From assembly GCA_963665235.2 (NCBI GenBank), contig CAXXLX010000001.1, positions 2,752,001 through 2,816,000 on the forward strand: DNA of 64,000 nt. Direction: 5' to 3'. The translations under genes were made by a program, and so were the position numbers. The notes beneath the pieces are model-generated. The model did no database searches, was not told the origin of the DNA, and saw only the letters and a list, made by a program, of their open reading frames with translations. Of this stretch, positions 10,601-19,640 are shown in pieces. Each line of letters begins with the position of its first letter. Position 1 is the first letter of the stretch. The stretch is from Candidatus Poribacteria bacterium (GTDB lineage Bacteria; Poribacteria; WGA-4E; WGA-3G).

Positions 10601-12408
10601 GCTTCAGGGATAAGGATATGGTCGTGTGCGTTATGAAGTTCGCTTAACCTTTCTCCGGCGTTTAGTCCTAATTCTAAATCACTTTTGTGTGTTCTCCAGG
10701 CCGTTGACTGCACAGAAACACCTGATAAGTCTGGTGCATCTAATGCACGGTGTGCTGCGCGAATGAGATTTTCGACTGCTTCATAAGTGTCTGGGACCGA
10801 AAGTTTAAGGTGTTGTGCAAGTAGTTCGGATGATTTTTGGAGTGCTACAACCGTTTCTCTGGCTTCTGCTGCTGCCGATTCAAGTGGTAGTTTGTCGGTT
10901 GGAAGAAAGACTTTACAACGGCTCCCCCAAAACGGGTGCTGATTTGGTACGCCCATCTGATTAAGATGTTTCTGTAGTAGTTCAGTTTGTCCCAATCCCA
11001 TTTTAAATTCAGCTATCGAATGCTGAAATTTTCCTGCTAAAATTGGAAGTGCTTTTCCTGAACGGTTACGTTGCACCAATAAAAGTTCTCCGTACGCCTG
11101 ATACGGTGTAATATCACCATCACCAATAGGTGCGTTGACTGCCTCACAGTAATCGTTTAATTGGTCACGATCACTGAGGAGAGCTTCAAGTTCTTGTTCC
11201 ATATCTGTTATCCGAGGCTCACTGATTTCGAGAATGCGCTTGAGTTCATCAGCAACGGTTTTTTTGTTCATCTTATGACTATGGAGTTCCAGACATGCAT
11301 CTCCGAGACCTATCTTATCCAAATTCCGTTTGACTACCTCCAAAGCCGCCATTTTCTCTGCAACAAACAGGACCCGTTTCCGTTCTGCAATAGCTGCTGC
11401 AATGATGTTGGTGATAGTTTGGGATTTTCCGGTGCCAGGCGGACCTTGGATAACGAGATTTCGTCCTTGACTCACATCATGGATAGCCAATGCTTGCGAA
11501 CTGTCCGCATCAACTACATGACACGTATTAGCAGGCATCAGGTGTTTGTCAATGTTGGGTACGCTATCGTCAATGGATGATTTTGGTTCGCCAAATCCGT
11601 TTACGAGTACCGACCGCAATACTGAACGTTCAGTTAAAACGTTATCAGGCCAATCGTTAGCATCTAAATCGCGATACATCAGAAACTTAGCAAACGAGAA
11701 AAAACCGAGTGCAATTGCAGAAGTATCAACCGACCATCGCTTAAAATCATCAATTTCCTGACACACATCCTGATAGTATTTTAGGATGTTGGACTTATCA
11801 AGGTCGTCCGCTTCGGGAAGATGTGGCAATTGGATGCCAAATTCAGCTTTTAGTTTTTCCTGAAGCGAAAGATTCGTGCCAATCTCCTCCTCTGTGTATT
11901 GAACACGAAAACTGGCGCGTACACTGGTACGGCTGATCTCCACAGGGACCAAAATTAACGGGGCACGGCGCAATATCTCACTTGCTTCATCTTCATACCA
12001 TTTGAGCATACCGAGTGCAAGATAGAGTGTAGTCACACCCTGCTCTTCAATAGCCGTTCGCGCCGTATAATAGGTTTTCAATAAACGCTTTCGAAGTTCA
12101 TCAGATGTATGGTTTGTCTGAAGTTTGGTATCGGTATACCGAGCAGGATCGTTCTCTACTTCATCATCTTCAAACAAAAGGGAGTTGTCTTCTTCAGATT
12201 CACGTTTTGGTAGGAATGACATGAACTTCCCATCTTGCACAAGAATCTGATAGACATCCGGTGGAGATTCATCAACAATCTCAACCCCTCGTGCCTTGAG
12301 AAGTCTGTAGTTAATCAGCGGGTTACGTAAACCCAAGTCAAGGAGTTCATTCCGTGCTTCGTCTAATTTTTTTTGTATTTCTTCTAGTACAGAATTCATC
12401 TCATCCAC
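7681..12408 (-). CDS. DUF4011 / SF1 helicase / MTES_1575(Vsr-like) nuclease / DUF3320 protein (Hhe-type anti-phage protein)
   Basis: N-terminal 'LLDLGLRNPLINYR', Walker A 'QGPPGTGKSQTI', 'FDEASQ', 'HYRS', 'VQGDERD', 'RRLNVLITRAR', and a nuclease region 'SPFEEEV...IDLAV...IECDG..YHS..ARDRDR.RQ..LE.LGW'. Confidence 0.9.
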   Translation of the reverse strand: MDEMNSVLEEIQKKLDEARNELLDLGLRNPLINYRLLKARGVEIVDESPPDVYQILVQDGKFMSFLPKRESEEDNSLLFEDDEVENDPARYTDTKLQTNHTSDELRKRLLKTYYTARTAIEEQGVTTLYLALGMLKWYEDEASEILRRAPLILVPVEISRTSVRASFRVQYTEEEIGTNLSLQEKLKAEFGIQLPHLPEADDLDKSNILKYYQDVCQEIDDFKRWSVDTSAIALGFFSFAKFLMYRDLDANDWPDNVLTERSVLRSVLVNGFGEPKSSIDDSVPNIDKHLMPANTCHVVDADSSQALAIHDVSQGRNLVIQGPPGTGKSQTITNIIAAAIAERKRVLFVAEKMAALEVVKRNLDKIGLGDACLELHSHKMNKKTVADELKRILEISEPRITDMEQELEALLSDRDQLNDYCEAVNAPIGDGDITPYQAYGELLLVQRNRSGKALPILAGKFQHSIAEFKMGLGQTELLQKHLNQMGVPNQHPFWGSRCKVFLPTDKLPLESAAAEARETVVALQKSSELLAQHLKLSVPDTYEAVENLIRAAHRALDAPDLSGVSVQSTAWRTHKSDLELGLNAGERLSELHNAHDHILIPEAWKQNVLEIRQMLAAYGDKRWRILSGKYRQAHNELKGLCSQQLPKTHDERLSIVDAILAAQRELPHLERIEEIGKEAFGTHWHGQSSDWDQLREIAKYLSALHESVVNNELPEALVAYLASNPNLETLKELLVSVEEHQSNYPNHLQTVIDKIQLDEKIRYGLKQLSFSEQAKILKCWETESDSLQDMVSYNHLAEALADSGFAEIVKVANNWSEASESLSDLLKHAWYNAKIETAMRERPVLAGFSSDAHQFIVQRFKELDRNSLEYNKAKVAYEHWKQLPRYEMPAGQLGLLRREFAKKRRHLPIRKLMTEAGNAIQAIKPVFMMSPLSVATFIPPNSVEFDLVVFDEASQVKPVDAFGAIIRGKQTVVVGDSRQLPPTDFFDKHIKDDDENTEENSAVDTESILGLFSAQSAPERMLRWHYRSRHESLITVSNIEFYGNRLQLFPSPDAAKEEVGLVYHYLQDTAYERGGSRSNPEEARIVAEKVMEHARTPSGLTLGVATFSTAQMQAIQDQLELLRREDSSCEQFFNAHPEEPFFVKNLENVQGDERDIIFISVGYGRDANGKLTMNFGPLNKKGGERRLNVLITRARQRCEVFTNLTADDIDPRPDNPDGGVVALKRYLKYAQTGECDIPEGTGKPPDSPFEEEVADALRGLGFQVDHQIGSAGYFIDLAVKDPERPGRYLLGIECDGATYHSAQSARDRDRIRQGVLEGLGWRIHRIWSTDWFRFPDRELEKAVEAIEAAKAHVPSTHEDTSKNKAHGSNEEPEVPETGVDTTGAPTPEPEPNNPLAKEYRLAELVISTDGRDLHAVTPDVMAKWIQRVVEIESPVHVDEVAKRIASAVGVKKVGNRIRDAVENAGEWATHSKSIRVRDEFFYYTEQKQIRVRDRSKLPNTSRKLELIAPEEIQEAIKLIVSESYGIEQNDLAHETCKLFGFKRVTTEMRQRVKSVINEMIKRGDLIEKGESLVSS

Positions 12409-12431
12409 TTCTTAATTTGATCGTTAGCTCT

Positions 12432-12514
12432 ATAAACATACCGCCCATACTGGGCTAGTTTGTGTGGCGGAAGATTTAATAAACATACCGCCCATACTGG
12501 GCTAGTTTGTGTGG
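12432..12514 (+). repeat. Two direct copies of a 36-bp REP-like unit (ATAAACATACCGCCCATACTGGGCTAGTTTGTGTGG)
   Basis: Identical copies at 12432-12467 and 12479-12514, with an internal GCCC/GGGC hairpin. Related to the units at 15875-16007. Confidence 0.8.
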
Positions 12515-12823
12515 TTGAGCGTCTCTATGGTGTGACGTTTGTAAGCGCGCTTACAAATTGTCAAACAAACCAAAGCGAACTCAGCTCCGGAAATTGCCGT
12601 AGCGATGAATAATCAAAGACATCGAGCATACCGGTTATTTTATTTTTCATAAATCCCTTCACAGAATAACATACTTCGCAGAAAATGTCAAATGAATTCT
12701 TTGCTATTGTGTGCATTTACTGTGGCATCCTAACAATTTCTGTGATATACTTTTAAAAGTAACACAACTCACACGAACCTGATTGCCAACGCGGCTTTCA
12801 AAAACTGTCAACATAGCATAACA

Positions 12824-15409
12824 ATGGAAATAACACGCCCATTTTTACTTTTACTTCTCCTTTTACTCCCCATCCTCTACTACAGTTACCGGCGGAGTCT
12901 GGTTGACCTATCGCGAACGCAGCGATTGATTAGCTTAGGTATCAGGATTATTATTGTGCTGCTGCTAATCTTGAGCGTTGCCGACGTGCAATATCTGAAA
13001 ACCGACGAAAAGTTAGCGGTTATGTTTATAGCGGATATTTCGGATAGCATCTCAGCAGATGGATTGACAAAATCAACCGATTATATCAACGAAGCCCTTA
13101 AATCGCGTACGCGGAATCAGGAAGCTGGGGTCATAGCGTTTACAGATAAGGCGGAAATACTGAAAGCCCCCGGCGTTGAAAATCAAGATAACAGTGAATC
13201 TGAAGCGGATGTGCAGCTCGCTGACATCAGAAAAACGTGGCAAGAAGCAAATGAAGATGTGGGCGACGCGACGAACATCGCGCAAGCAATTGAGACCGCA
13301 TGGAGCGTTTTTCCCGCCAATGCCAATAAACGCATCGTTCTGATTACGGACGGAATTGAGACGCAGGGGGATGCAATTCATACCGGACTACGCGGAAAAG
13401 ATTTTGATATACAGGTCGACACAGTGCCGATATATCCGAGCGATGAACCGGAGGTTATGTTAGAGCGCATTGATGTTCCCGTGCAAGTTAAACAGGGGGC
13501 GCCGTTTAATCTGGAAGTGCTTATCCATAGCAATCATGAGGATATAGCCGAAATTCGGCTCTTCAAGAACAAATTTGAGACTGCTAAAAAGGAGGTCCGT
13601 CTCGCTGAAGGTGAAAATCGCGTGGTATTTACCGAGACATCAATGGAAAGCGGTACCTTGACCTACGATGCTATCTGCCGTACGACAAAGGATACCCGTT
13701 ACGACAACAATCGGGCTCTCGGTATTGTTACAGTTGCGGGTAAACCGAAAGTCCTGCTGATTGATGAAAATGAATCGCAAGCACGCTATCTGGCACGCGC
13801 CCTTGAGGATGCAAAGATTCGTGTGGATGTCCGAAACGGGTTGGGTGTACCGAATGAACTTGCTGACCTACAAAACTATGAACTGATTATCTTTAGCGAA
13901 GTGCCAGCTAACCGCCTCAATGAGAAACAGATGGGACTTATCCGTACCTATGTTCAAGACCTTGGGGGAGGTTTCATGATGCTCGGCAGTGAGAACAGCT
14001 TCGGACTCGGTGGCTACTATAAGACACCTATTGAGGCGATTTTGCCTGTCCGCACCGATACAGAAAAGAAGAAGGAAACCCCCTCGCTTGCCATAGTGCT
14101 TGTTATTGATAAGTCCGGAAGTATGGGCGGTATCAAAATTGAATTGGCGAAAGAGGCGGCGCGGGCAACCGTCGAATTGCTTGGGAAACGCGACAAAATC
14201 GGGGTTATCGCTTTTGATGGTTCACCCTTCTGGATTACGGAGATGCACGCTGCCTCGGATAAGTTGTACGTTACCGATCAGATTGGCACAATTACCGCAG
14301 GCGGTGGCACAAATCTATACCCCGCACTACAACAAGCGTATTTCTCGCTTACAGAAACAACCGCTAAACTCAAACATGTCATTGTCCTTAGCGATGGACA
14401 GTCGCAGCCGGGGGACTGGTACGGCATTGCAAATTCTATGCATTCGGAGCGCATTACGATTTCTACGGTGGGCATCGGCAGTGGGGCGGATATGAATCTG
14501 CTTGGCAATCTCGCCAAATGGGGGGGAGGCCGCGAGTACTTCACCCAAGACCCGTATAACATTCCACAAATCTTTGCAAAAGAGACTGTGACCGCCTCTA
14601 AATCCGCTATCATTGATGAGCCGTTCATTCCACAACAGATTAAGCCGACTCAAGTTTTGAGCGGTATTGACTTGGGACTTGCACCGTTCCTCCTCGGCTA
14701 CGTCGCAACGCAACCACGCCCGACCGCAGAGACCTTCCTTGTTTCTGACCGTGGTGACCCTGTATTAGCAAGTTGGCAGTACGGTTTAGGAAAAGCAGTC
14801 GCCTTCACCTCCGACGCGAAAGCACGATGGGCAACCGATTGGTTGGAGTGGCCCGGCTACGGTAAATTCTGGGCACAATTGGTACGTGACACGATGCGGA
14901 AGACAACCCTTAGCAATTTCCAAGCACAAATTAGCAAGAGGAAAGGTGTTGCTCACCTCGCTATTGATGCCCTCGGTGACACTGGCGAATTTCTAAACGA
15001 ATTGGAGAGTGACATTACGCTTATCGGGCCCGACCTCAAAAAGAGACAACTCCCTGTCACACAAACTGCGCCAGGACGATATGAACTCGGTTTTCCAGCG
15101 AAAGATGTCGGCCCCTATTTCTTGAATATCATGCAAAAACAGGCGGGAGAAATTGTCAACACGCAAGTGACGGGGACCGTTGTCTCCTACCCCGAAGAAT
15201 ATCTGGTTCACAACGCCAACGAATCGCTCCTAACGCAACTATCATCTGTGTCTGGCGGAAAATTCAACGTTTCTGCTGAGGAGGCGTTTCGTCCGCCGGA
15301 GAATCCGGTAGTGCTCCGAATTCACTTGTGGCGACCTTTTCTCATCGCCGCGCTATTTCTGCTGCTCCTTGATATTGCACTACGCCGCATTGATATGAGA
15401 CGCTCCTAA
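12824..15409 (+). CDS. Membrane-anchored double VWA-domain protein with glutamine amidotransferase-like (DUF1355-type) region
   Basis: BatA-like N-terminal TM. MIDAS motifs 'DISDS' and 'DKSGSM'. Also 'TDG'/'SDG', 'GGGFMMLG...GGYYKTPIE.ILPV', 'WQYGLGK..AFTSD' and a C-terminal TM. Confidence 0.88.
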   Translation: MEITRPFLLLLLLLLPILYYSYRRSLVDLSRTQRLISLGIRIIIVLLLILSVADVQYLKTDEKLAVMFIADISDSISADGLTKSTDYINEALKSRTRNQEAGVIAFTDKAEILKAPGVENQDNSESEADVQLADIRKTWQEANEDVGDATNIAQAIETAWSVFPANANKRIVLITDGIETQGDAIHTGLRGKDFDIQVDTVPIYPSDEPEVMLERIDVPVQVKQGAPFNLEVLIHSNHEDIAEIRLFKNKFETAKKEVRLAEGENRVVFTETSMESGTLTYDAICRTTKDTRYDNNRALGIVTVAGKPKVLLIDENESQARYLARALEDAKIRVDVRNGLGVPNELADLQNYELIIFSEVPANRLNEKQMGLIRTYVQDLGGGFMMLGSENSFGLGGYYKTPIEAILPVRTDTEKKKETPSLAIVLVIDKSGSMGGIKIELAKEAARATVELLGKRDKIGVIAFDGSPFWITEMHAASDKLYVTDQIGTITAGGGTNLYPALQQAYFSLTETTAKLKHVIVLSDGQSQPGDWYGIANSMHSERITISTVGIGSGADMNLLGNLAKWGGGREYFTQDPYNIPQIFAKETVTASKSAIIDEPFIPQQIKPTQVLSGIDLGLAPFLLGYVATQPRPTAETFLVSDRGDPVLASWQYGLGKAVAFTSDAKARWATDWLEWPGYGKFWAQLVRDTMRKTTLSNFQAQISKRKGVAHLAIDALGDTGEFLNELESDITLIGPDLKKRQLPVTQTAPGRYELGFPAKDVGPYFLNIMQKQAGEIVNTQVTGTVVSYPEEYLVHNANESLLTQLSSVSGGKFNVSAEEAFRPPENPVVLRIHLWRPFLIAALFLLLLDIALRRIDMRRS

Positions 15410-15562
15410 TTAACCTAATACCATTTCTAATTGAAAATGTCTCTTTATTGTAGCATAAACTTCCAGTTTGTGTATTGTAGCATAAACTTCCAGTTTGTGT
15501 ATTGTAGCATAAACTTCCAGTTTGTGTATTGTAGCATAAACTTCCAGTTTGGGTCTTCCGTT
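15380..15562 (+). repeat. Tandem segmental duplication: VWA gene 3' end plus truncated MITE with 4x27-bp units, repeated from 15563
   Basis: CTACGCCGCATTGATATGAGACGCTCCTAATTAACCTAATACCATTTC... occurs at both 15380 and 15563. Confidence 0.9.
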
Positions 15563-15600
15563 CTACGCCGCATTGATATGAGACGCTCCTAATTAACCTA

Positions 15601-15826
15601 ATACCATTTCTAATTGAAAATGTCTCTTTATTGTAGCATAAACTTCCAGTTTGTGTATTGTAGCATAAACTTCCAGTTTGTGTATTGTAGCATAAACTTC
15701 CAGTTTGTGTATTGTAGCATAAACTTCCAGTTTGTGTATTGTAGCATAAACTTCCAGTTTGGGTCTTCCGTTCTCCGTTTCATTTCTAACAACTGGTAAT
15801 GATAGAATAATTAATAAAAATGGTAT
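15601..15826 (+). mobile_element. MITE family A (TIR ATACCATTT...AAATGGTAT) carrying 5 tandem 27-bp GTAG-hairpin units
   Basis: Near-identical reverse complement of the 118-bp element at 20433-20550. The length difference is exactly 4x27 bp. The unit is TATTGTAGCATAAACTTCCAGTTTGTG. Confidence 0.8.
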
Positions 15827-15834
15827 AAGCTACC

Positions 15835-16023
15835 TAACGCGAGCTTGATAATAAATGGCCGTTTGTGCTAACCTCTATAAACATATCGTCCCTACAGGAC
15901 TAAGAGGCGGTGGGGAAACGTTTGCTTCTATAAATATATCGTCCCTACAGGACTAAATCTGTGGGGAAACGTTTGCTTCTATAAATATATCGTCCCTACA
16001 GGACTAAAGAAAAACTCACGTTA
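15835..16023 (+). mobile_element. MITE family B (TIR TAACGYGAGYTT) with three REP-like units CTATAAAYATATCGTCCCTACAGGACTAA
   Basis: Ends are TAACGCGAGCTT...AAACTCACGTTA. A homologous inverted copy lies at ~21708-21925. Confidence 0.7.
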
Positions 16024-16169
16024 CCTATCAATTTTTAGACTTGGAAACGCCGATTTTCGTCAAAAAATGATGATAATTATACCCTGAACTTCTATATTGC
16101 ACGCTTATGCCACAAACTAGGAAGTTTGTGCTACTATATGGCAACTTGCGTTAATTAGAAAAAATTGAC

Positions 16170-16198
16170 TTGATTTTCTACGGGATATCTGGTATAAT
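16170..16198 (+). promoter_or_regulatory. Putative sigma70 promoter of the ATPase-PIN operon
   Basis: TTGATT-17 nt-TATAAT. Confidence 0.5.
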
Positions 16199-16266
16199 GA
16201 TGGTTATATATGTCCTGCATGGCCGAGTGATAATTATCCGTTTTCTCATTTTGTGGAGATGACACT

Positions 16267-17586
16267 GTGAACATTACGCAATTTACGATGGAAGAGGTTC
16301 GCTGTTTCAGTGAACGCCAAACGCTTGAAATTCGACCTCTGACGTTTCTGGTCGGCGAAAATAGCACAGGAAAGACAACCGCGCTGGCATGTTTTCAGGT
16401 GTTAGCAAATTGTTTGCATCAGCCCGGAGTAGATTTTAATCATCCACCCTACACAATGGGAATCTTTAAGGAAATTGTTAGGAGCAGTAGAAAAAAAGAG
16501 AAGACCTTTAAGCTAGGATTTACGTACAAAGATATGGATGAGAATGTTGAATGGATAGTTGAATTCGTTGAGAAGAAAGAAGGGGTTGAACCTGCTGTTA
16601 GCAAAATGACACTTAAATTCTGTGATGGCGGCAGTATCGTTTTCAAAACTTCGGATGAACTAGAGAACGCCGTATTCCGAGTTGAATTTGTGGAGGCTCC
16701 AAATCGGTTCCAAATTGCTTGCCGAGAGGATAGGATTAAGAGCCCATCATTGGGGATGCTTTTAGATTTTCTAGAAGACCAAGATGCGGCACCTTTTCTA
16801 GAGGGGGAAGATACGGTAAAAAAAGCACTCACAAAGTATATAAGGGACCGTGTAATGGCACGGGATGGAAGATTCGGACTATTGGATATCCGGTATGCAA
16901 TATCTGTATTTAGTACATCACCTATTCGCTCTCAACCGAAACGAACGTACGATCCGATTCGAGAACTTTATGACCCTGAAGGAAGTGAAATTCCTATGTA
17001 TCTAATGCGGATAGAAGCAACTCAAAAGAAGGAGTGGGAAACACTTAAGCAGCATCTGCTCGAATTTGGTAAGGCTTCAGGCTTATTCCAGAACATTGAG
17101 CTAAAAAACTTCGGACAGGCTTTAGGGGGACCATTTCAGCTACGTTTCAAGGTTAGAGGGCCTACCTGTAATATAACGGATGTCGGATACGGAGTCAGTC
17201 AGATTTTGCCGATTTTAGTTCATGTATTAAATCCTTCTATTTATACTGCAACTAGCTTCTTCTTATTACAACAACCGGAAGTCCACTTGCATCCGAGGGC
17301 ACAAGCGGAACTCTCCTCCCTGTTAGCGAAATTGGCACATACAGGTAAAGGGTCGTTCATTGTTGAGACGCACAGCGACTATATGATAGACCGCGCACGT
17401 ATTGAAATCAGAAAGGGCACCATCAAGCCTGACGAGGTTTCCCTAATCTACTTTGAACCGAAGGGCAACATCGTCAACGTGCATAACATAGGCTTTGATG
17501 AAGCGGGCAATCTAACCAACGTTCCGAAACATTATCGGAAGTTCTTTCTCAAAGAGACCTACCGGCTCATGGGGTTTGAGGATTAA
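16267..17586 (+). CDS. ABC-type AAA ATPase (AAA_21/AAA_15 with DUF3696-like C-terminus)
   Basis: Walker A 'LVGENSTGKT', signature 'DVGYGVSQILP', 'QQPEVHLHP.AQ', H-loop 'VETHS'. Confidence 0.88.
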   Translation: MNITQFTMEEVRCFSERQTLEIRPLTFLVGENSTGKTTALACFQVLANCLHQPGVDFNHPPYTMGIFKEIVRSSRKKEKTFKLGFTYKDMDENVEWIVEFVEKKEGVEPAVSKMTLKFCDGGSIVFKTSDELENAVFRVEFVEAPNRFQIACREDRIKSPSLGMLLDFLEDQDAAPFLEGEDTVKKALTKYIRDRVMARDGRFGLLDIRYAISVFSTSPIRSQPKRTYDPIRELYDPEGSEIPMYLMRIEATQKKEWETLKQHLLEFGKASGLFQNIELKNFGQALGGPFQLRFKVRGPTCNITDVGYGVSQILPILVHVLNPSIYTATSFFLLQQPEVHLHPRAQAELSSLLAKLAHTGKGSFIVETHSDYMIDRARIEIRKGTIKPDEVSLIYFEPKGNIVNVHNIGFDEAGNLTNVPKHYRKFFLKETYRLMGFED

Positions 17587-17589
17587 CGA

Positions 17590-18024
17590 ATGTGTGTGAT
17601 AATAGATACAAATACCTTCAGTAGGTTCAGAAATCCAGCAGATGAAGATTTGGAGCCTGTCCGACAATGGCTAAGAAATAGAAACGGTAAAATCGTCTAT
17701 TCTAATATAGGAAAATATAAGCAGGAGTGGGAAAAAGGCGGAATGGGCCCCTTAACAAGAGAACTAATCAGGAGAGGCCAACTTAAAGATGTCTCGAAAG
17801 ATGCTGAGGTGGCAGAAAAGGAACGGGAACTCAAAGGCGAAATAAAATCGGACGATGCACACATTATAGCATTGGCGATAGTAGCGGAGGTAAGGGTATT
17901 GGTTTCCTACGCCGAAGGCGATAAAGCACTGTTTGACGATTTTAAGGATAAGAAATTTGTTGGCGGAAAGATATACACGAGAAGATCGCATGACCATCTG
18001 CTTAAGAGCGATTTATGCCTGTAA
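17590..18024 (+). CDS. PIN-domain-like protein
   Basis: 'MCVIIDTN' and 'SDDAHIIALA...VLVS...DKALFDDF' match the PIN acidic-residue pattern. Starts 3 nt after the ATPase stop. Confidence 0.7.
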   Translation: MCVIIDTNTFSRFRNPADEDLEPVRQWLRNRNGKIVYSNIGKYKQEWEKGGMGPLTRELIRRGQLKDVSKDAEVAEKERELKGEIKSDDAHIIALAIVAEVRVLVSYAEGDKALFDDFKDKKFVGGKIYTRRSHDHLLKSDLCL

Positions 18025-18090
18025 AGACAGGACATGTTAGGAGGTGAATGTTTCGCCAAAATCTGCGCAATCTCAATTCATATCACACAC

Positions 18091-18146
18091 CTCTCCATCC
18101 TTCCATTCTTCCATTCTTCCACCCATCCATCCTCCCATTCTTCCCC
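18091..18146 (+). repeat. Degenerate 8-bp pyrimidine-rich tandem repeat (CCATTCTT-like)
   Basis: ccatccttccattcttccattcttccacccatccatcctcccattcttcc; a similar tract is at ~27376-27420. Confidence 0.6.
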
Positions 18147-18161
18147 TATGTTCATTTTAAT

Positions 18162-18190
18162 TTGACATCCCGTGCGATTCATGTTATCAT
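18162..18190 (+). promoter_or_regulatory. Putative sigma70 promoter of the HAD gene
   Basis: TTGACA-17 nt-TATCAT, followed by RBS AAGGAG. Confidence 0.6.
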
Positions 18191-18215
18191 ATTAACGTAA
18201 TTGTAAGGAGAAAAA

Positions 18216-18914
18216 ATGCGTTATAATGCTATAATATTTGATCTGTTCGGCACGCTAGTTGGAAATTTCAGCCGCCGAGGGCATAATCGAGCAAATGCGA
18301 AAATCGCTGAAGCACTTAACATTCCAATTCCAAAATTTTCGGAACTGATATGGGACACATATTTCAACAGATCTCTAGGGGTTTATGCCTCGATAGAAGA
18401 AAATGTGCTTGACATCTGCCATCGCTTGGGTATACAAACGAATATAGAACAAATTACACAATTTACGGAAGCACATTATAAATTTACAGCAAATATACTT
18501 ATCCCTGAACCAGAGGTTTTAGAGTTATTGGTATTACTGAGAAGAAAGGGGTTTCTGCTTGGGCTCATTAGCAATTGCGCGCCCACTGTACCACGACTTT
18601 TTCCACAATCCCGTTTAGCCCCATACATGGACGTGTCTATTTTTTCGTGTGAAGAACGTATAAAAAAACCTTCACTCGGCATCTATAATCTCACATGCGA
18701 GCGGTTGCAAGTTAAACCGGAGGAATGTCTTTACATTGGGGATGGAAGTAGCGAGGAGCTAACGGGCGCAGCAGCAGCGGGAATGCTCCCGATTCTAAAA
18801 CGCCCCGAGCTGACAGATGTTTACGATACACACCGTCCGGAAGTGGAGACCTGGCAGGGGCGTACTATTGATGAAATCCCGGAACTGTGGGACATTGTTT
18901 GTGAATTAACGTAG
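18216..18914 (+). CDS. HAD-family hydrolase
   Basis: 'IIFDLFGTL', 'LISN', 'KKPS..IY', 'YIGDG..EELTGA..AGM'. Confidence 0.9.
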   Translation: MRYNAIIFDLFGTLVGNFSRRGHNRANAKIAEALNIPIPKFSELIWDTYFNRSLGVYASIEENVLDICHRLGIQTNIEQITQFTEAHYKFTANILIPEPEVLELLVLLRRKGFLLGLISNCAPTVPRLFPQSRLAPYMDVSIFSCEERIKKPSLGIYNLTCERLQVKPEECLYIGDGSSEELTGAAAAGMLPILKRPELTDVYDTHRPEVETWQGRTIDEIPELWDIVCELT

Positions 18915-19004
18915 TTTTTCTGCGTTTGTCCCAACCTAAAATATATCCATGGAATAAAATCTAAACATACCGGAAAAACAGCAACCGATATACGGAGGTT
19001 TCTC

Positions 19005-19640
19005 ATGCCTACAATCGAAACAGTTTTTGACTCCCCAGGTCCGCAGCCCAACGGTATGCAAGCCACTGAAGATGGGCTCTGGATTATCGACCAACGGAGC
19101 AACGAGGTCCATCTTGTCTCATATCAGGGGGTTGTGAAAAAGACGCTCACTACCGACTCTGACAGGGGCAGCGGAATTACACACACTGGTACAAATCTTT
19201 GGCTCGCCTCTACCTATAGCTGTGAAATTTTGTCAGCTGACCCTGAAAATGGTAAGACACTCGCCACTTTTGACACGCCCGGGTCAGGCCAGACCGGCGC
19301 ACACGGGTTGGAATGGCGTGACAATAAACTCTGGGTTGCAGTCCCACCCTCGGCAACCATCTACCAGGTTGACGTTGATAACGGGTTCACGGTGCAACAC
19401 ACACTGCCAGCCCCCGGTGACCGACCGCACGGCATCGCATGGGTTGGAGACGACCTCTGGTGCGTTGAGACGAACCATCGCGCTATCTATCATCTCAATC
19501 CGGAAGATGGCAGCCATCTCAACAAAATAGAGATACCGGAACCGCACCCGGAACCCCACGGTATGACCTATTGGGACGGCTATTTCTGGTACTGTGATGC
19601 CCATACAACCGCTGTCTGCCGAGTTGCATTATCCCAATGA
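19005..19640 (+). CDS. Beta-propeller protein (glutaminyl cyclase/Vgb/NHL-like)
   Basis: Repeated 'PG..PHG(I/L/M).W.G..LW' blades. Confidence 0.7.
   Translation: MPTIETVFDSPGPQPNGMQATEDGLWIIDQRSNEVHLVSYQGVVKKTLTTDSDRGSGITHTGTNLWLASTYSCEILSADPENGKTLATFDTPGSGQTGAHGLEWRDNKLWVAVPPSATIYQVDVDNGFTVQHTLPAPGDRPHGIAWVGDDLWCVETNHRAIYHLNPEDGSHLNKIEIPEPHPEPHGMTYWDGYFWYCDAHTTAVCRVALSQ

Noticed and set aside
15446-15763. 27-bp repeat arrays as a CRISPR array
   Set aside because: The units are head-to-tail with no unique spacers, lie inside a TIR-bounded element, and no cas genes are present.
15614-15799. 61-aa ORF with FVYCSINFQ repeats
   Set aside because: It is a by-product of a 27-bp (multiple of 3) DNA repeat inside a MITE, with no RBS.
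15875-16007. Three ~29-bp repeats with ~22-24-bp gaps as a mini-CRISPR
   Set aside because: The intervening sequences are nearly identical to each other (GTGGGGAAACGTTTGCTT), so this is a tandem duplication.
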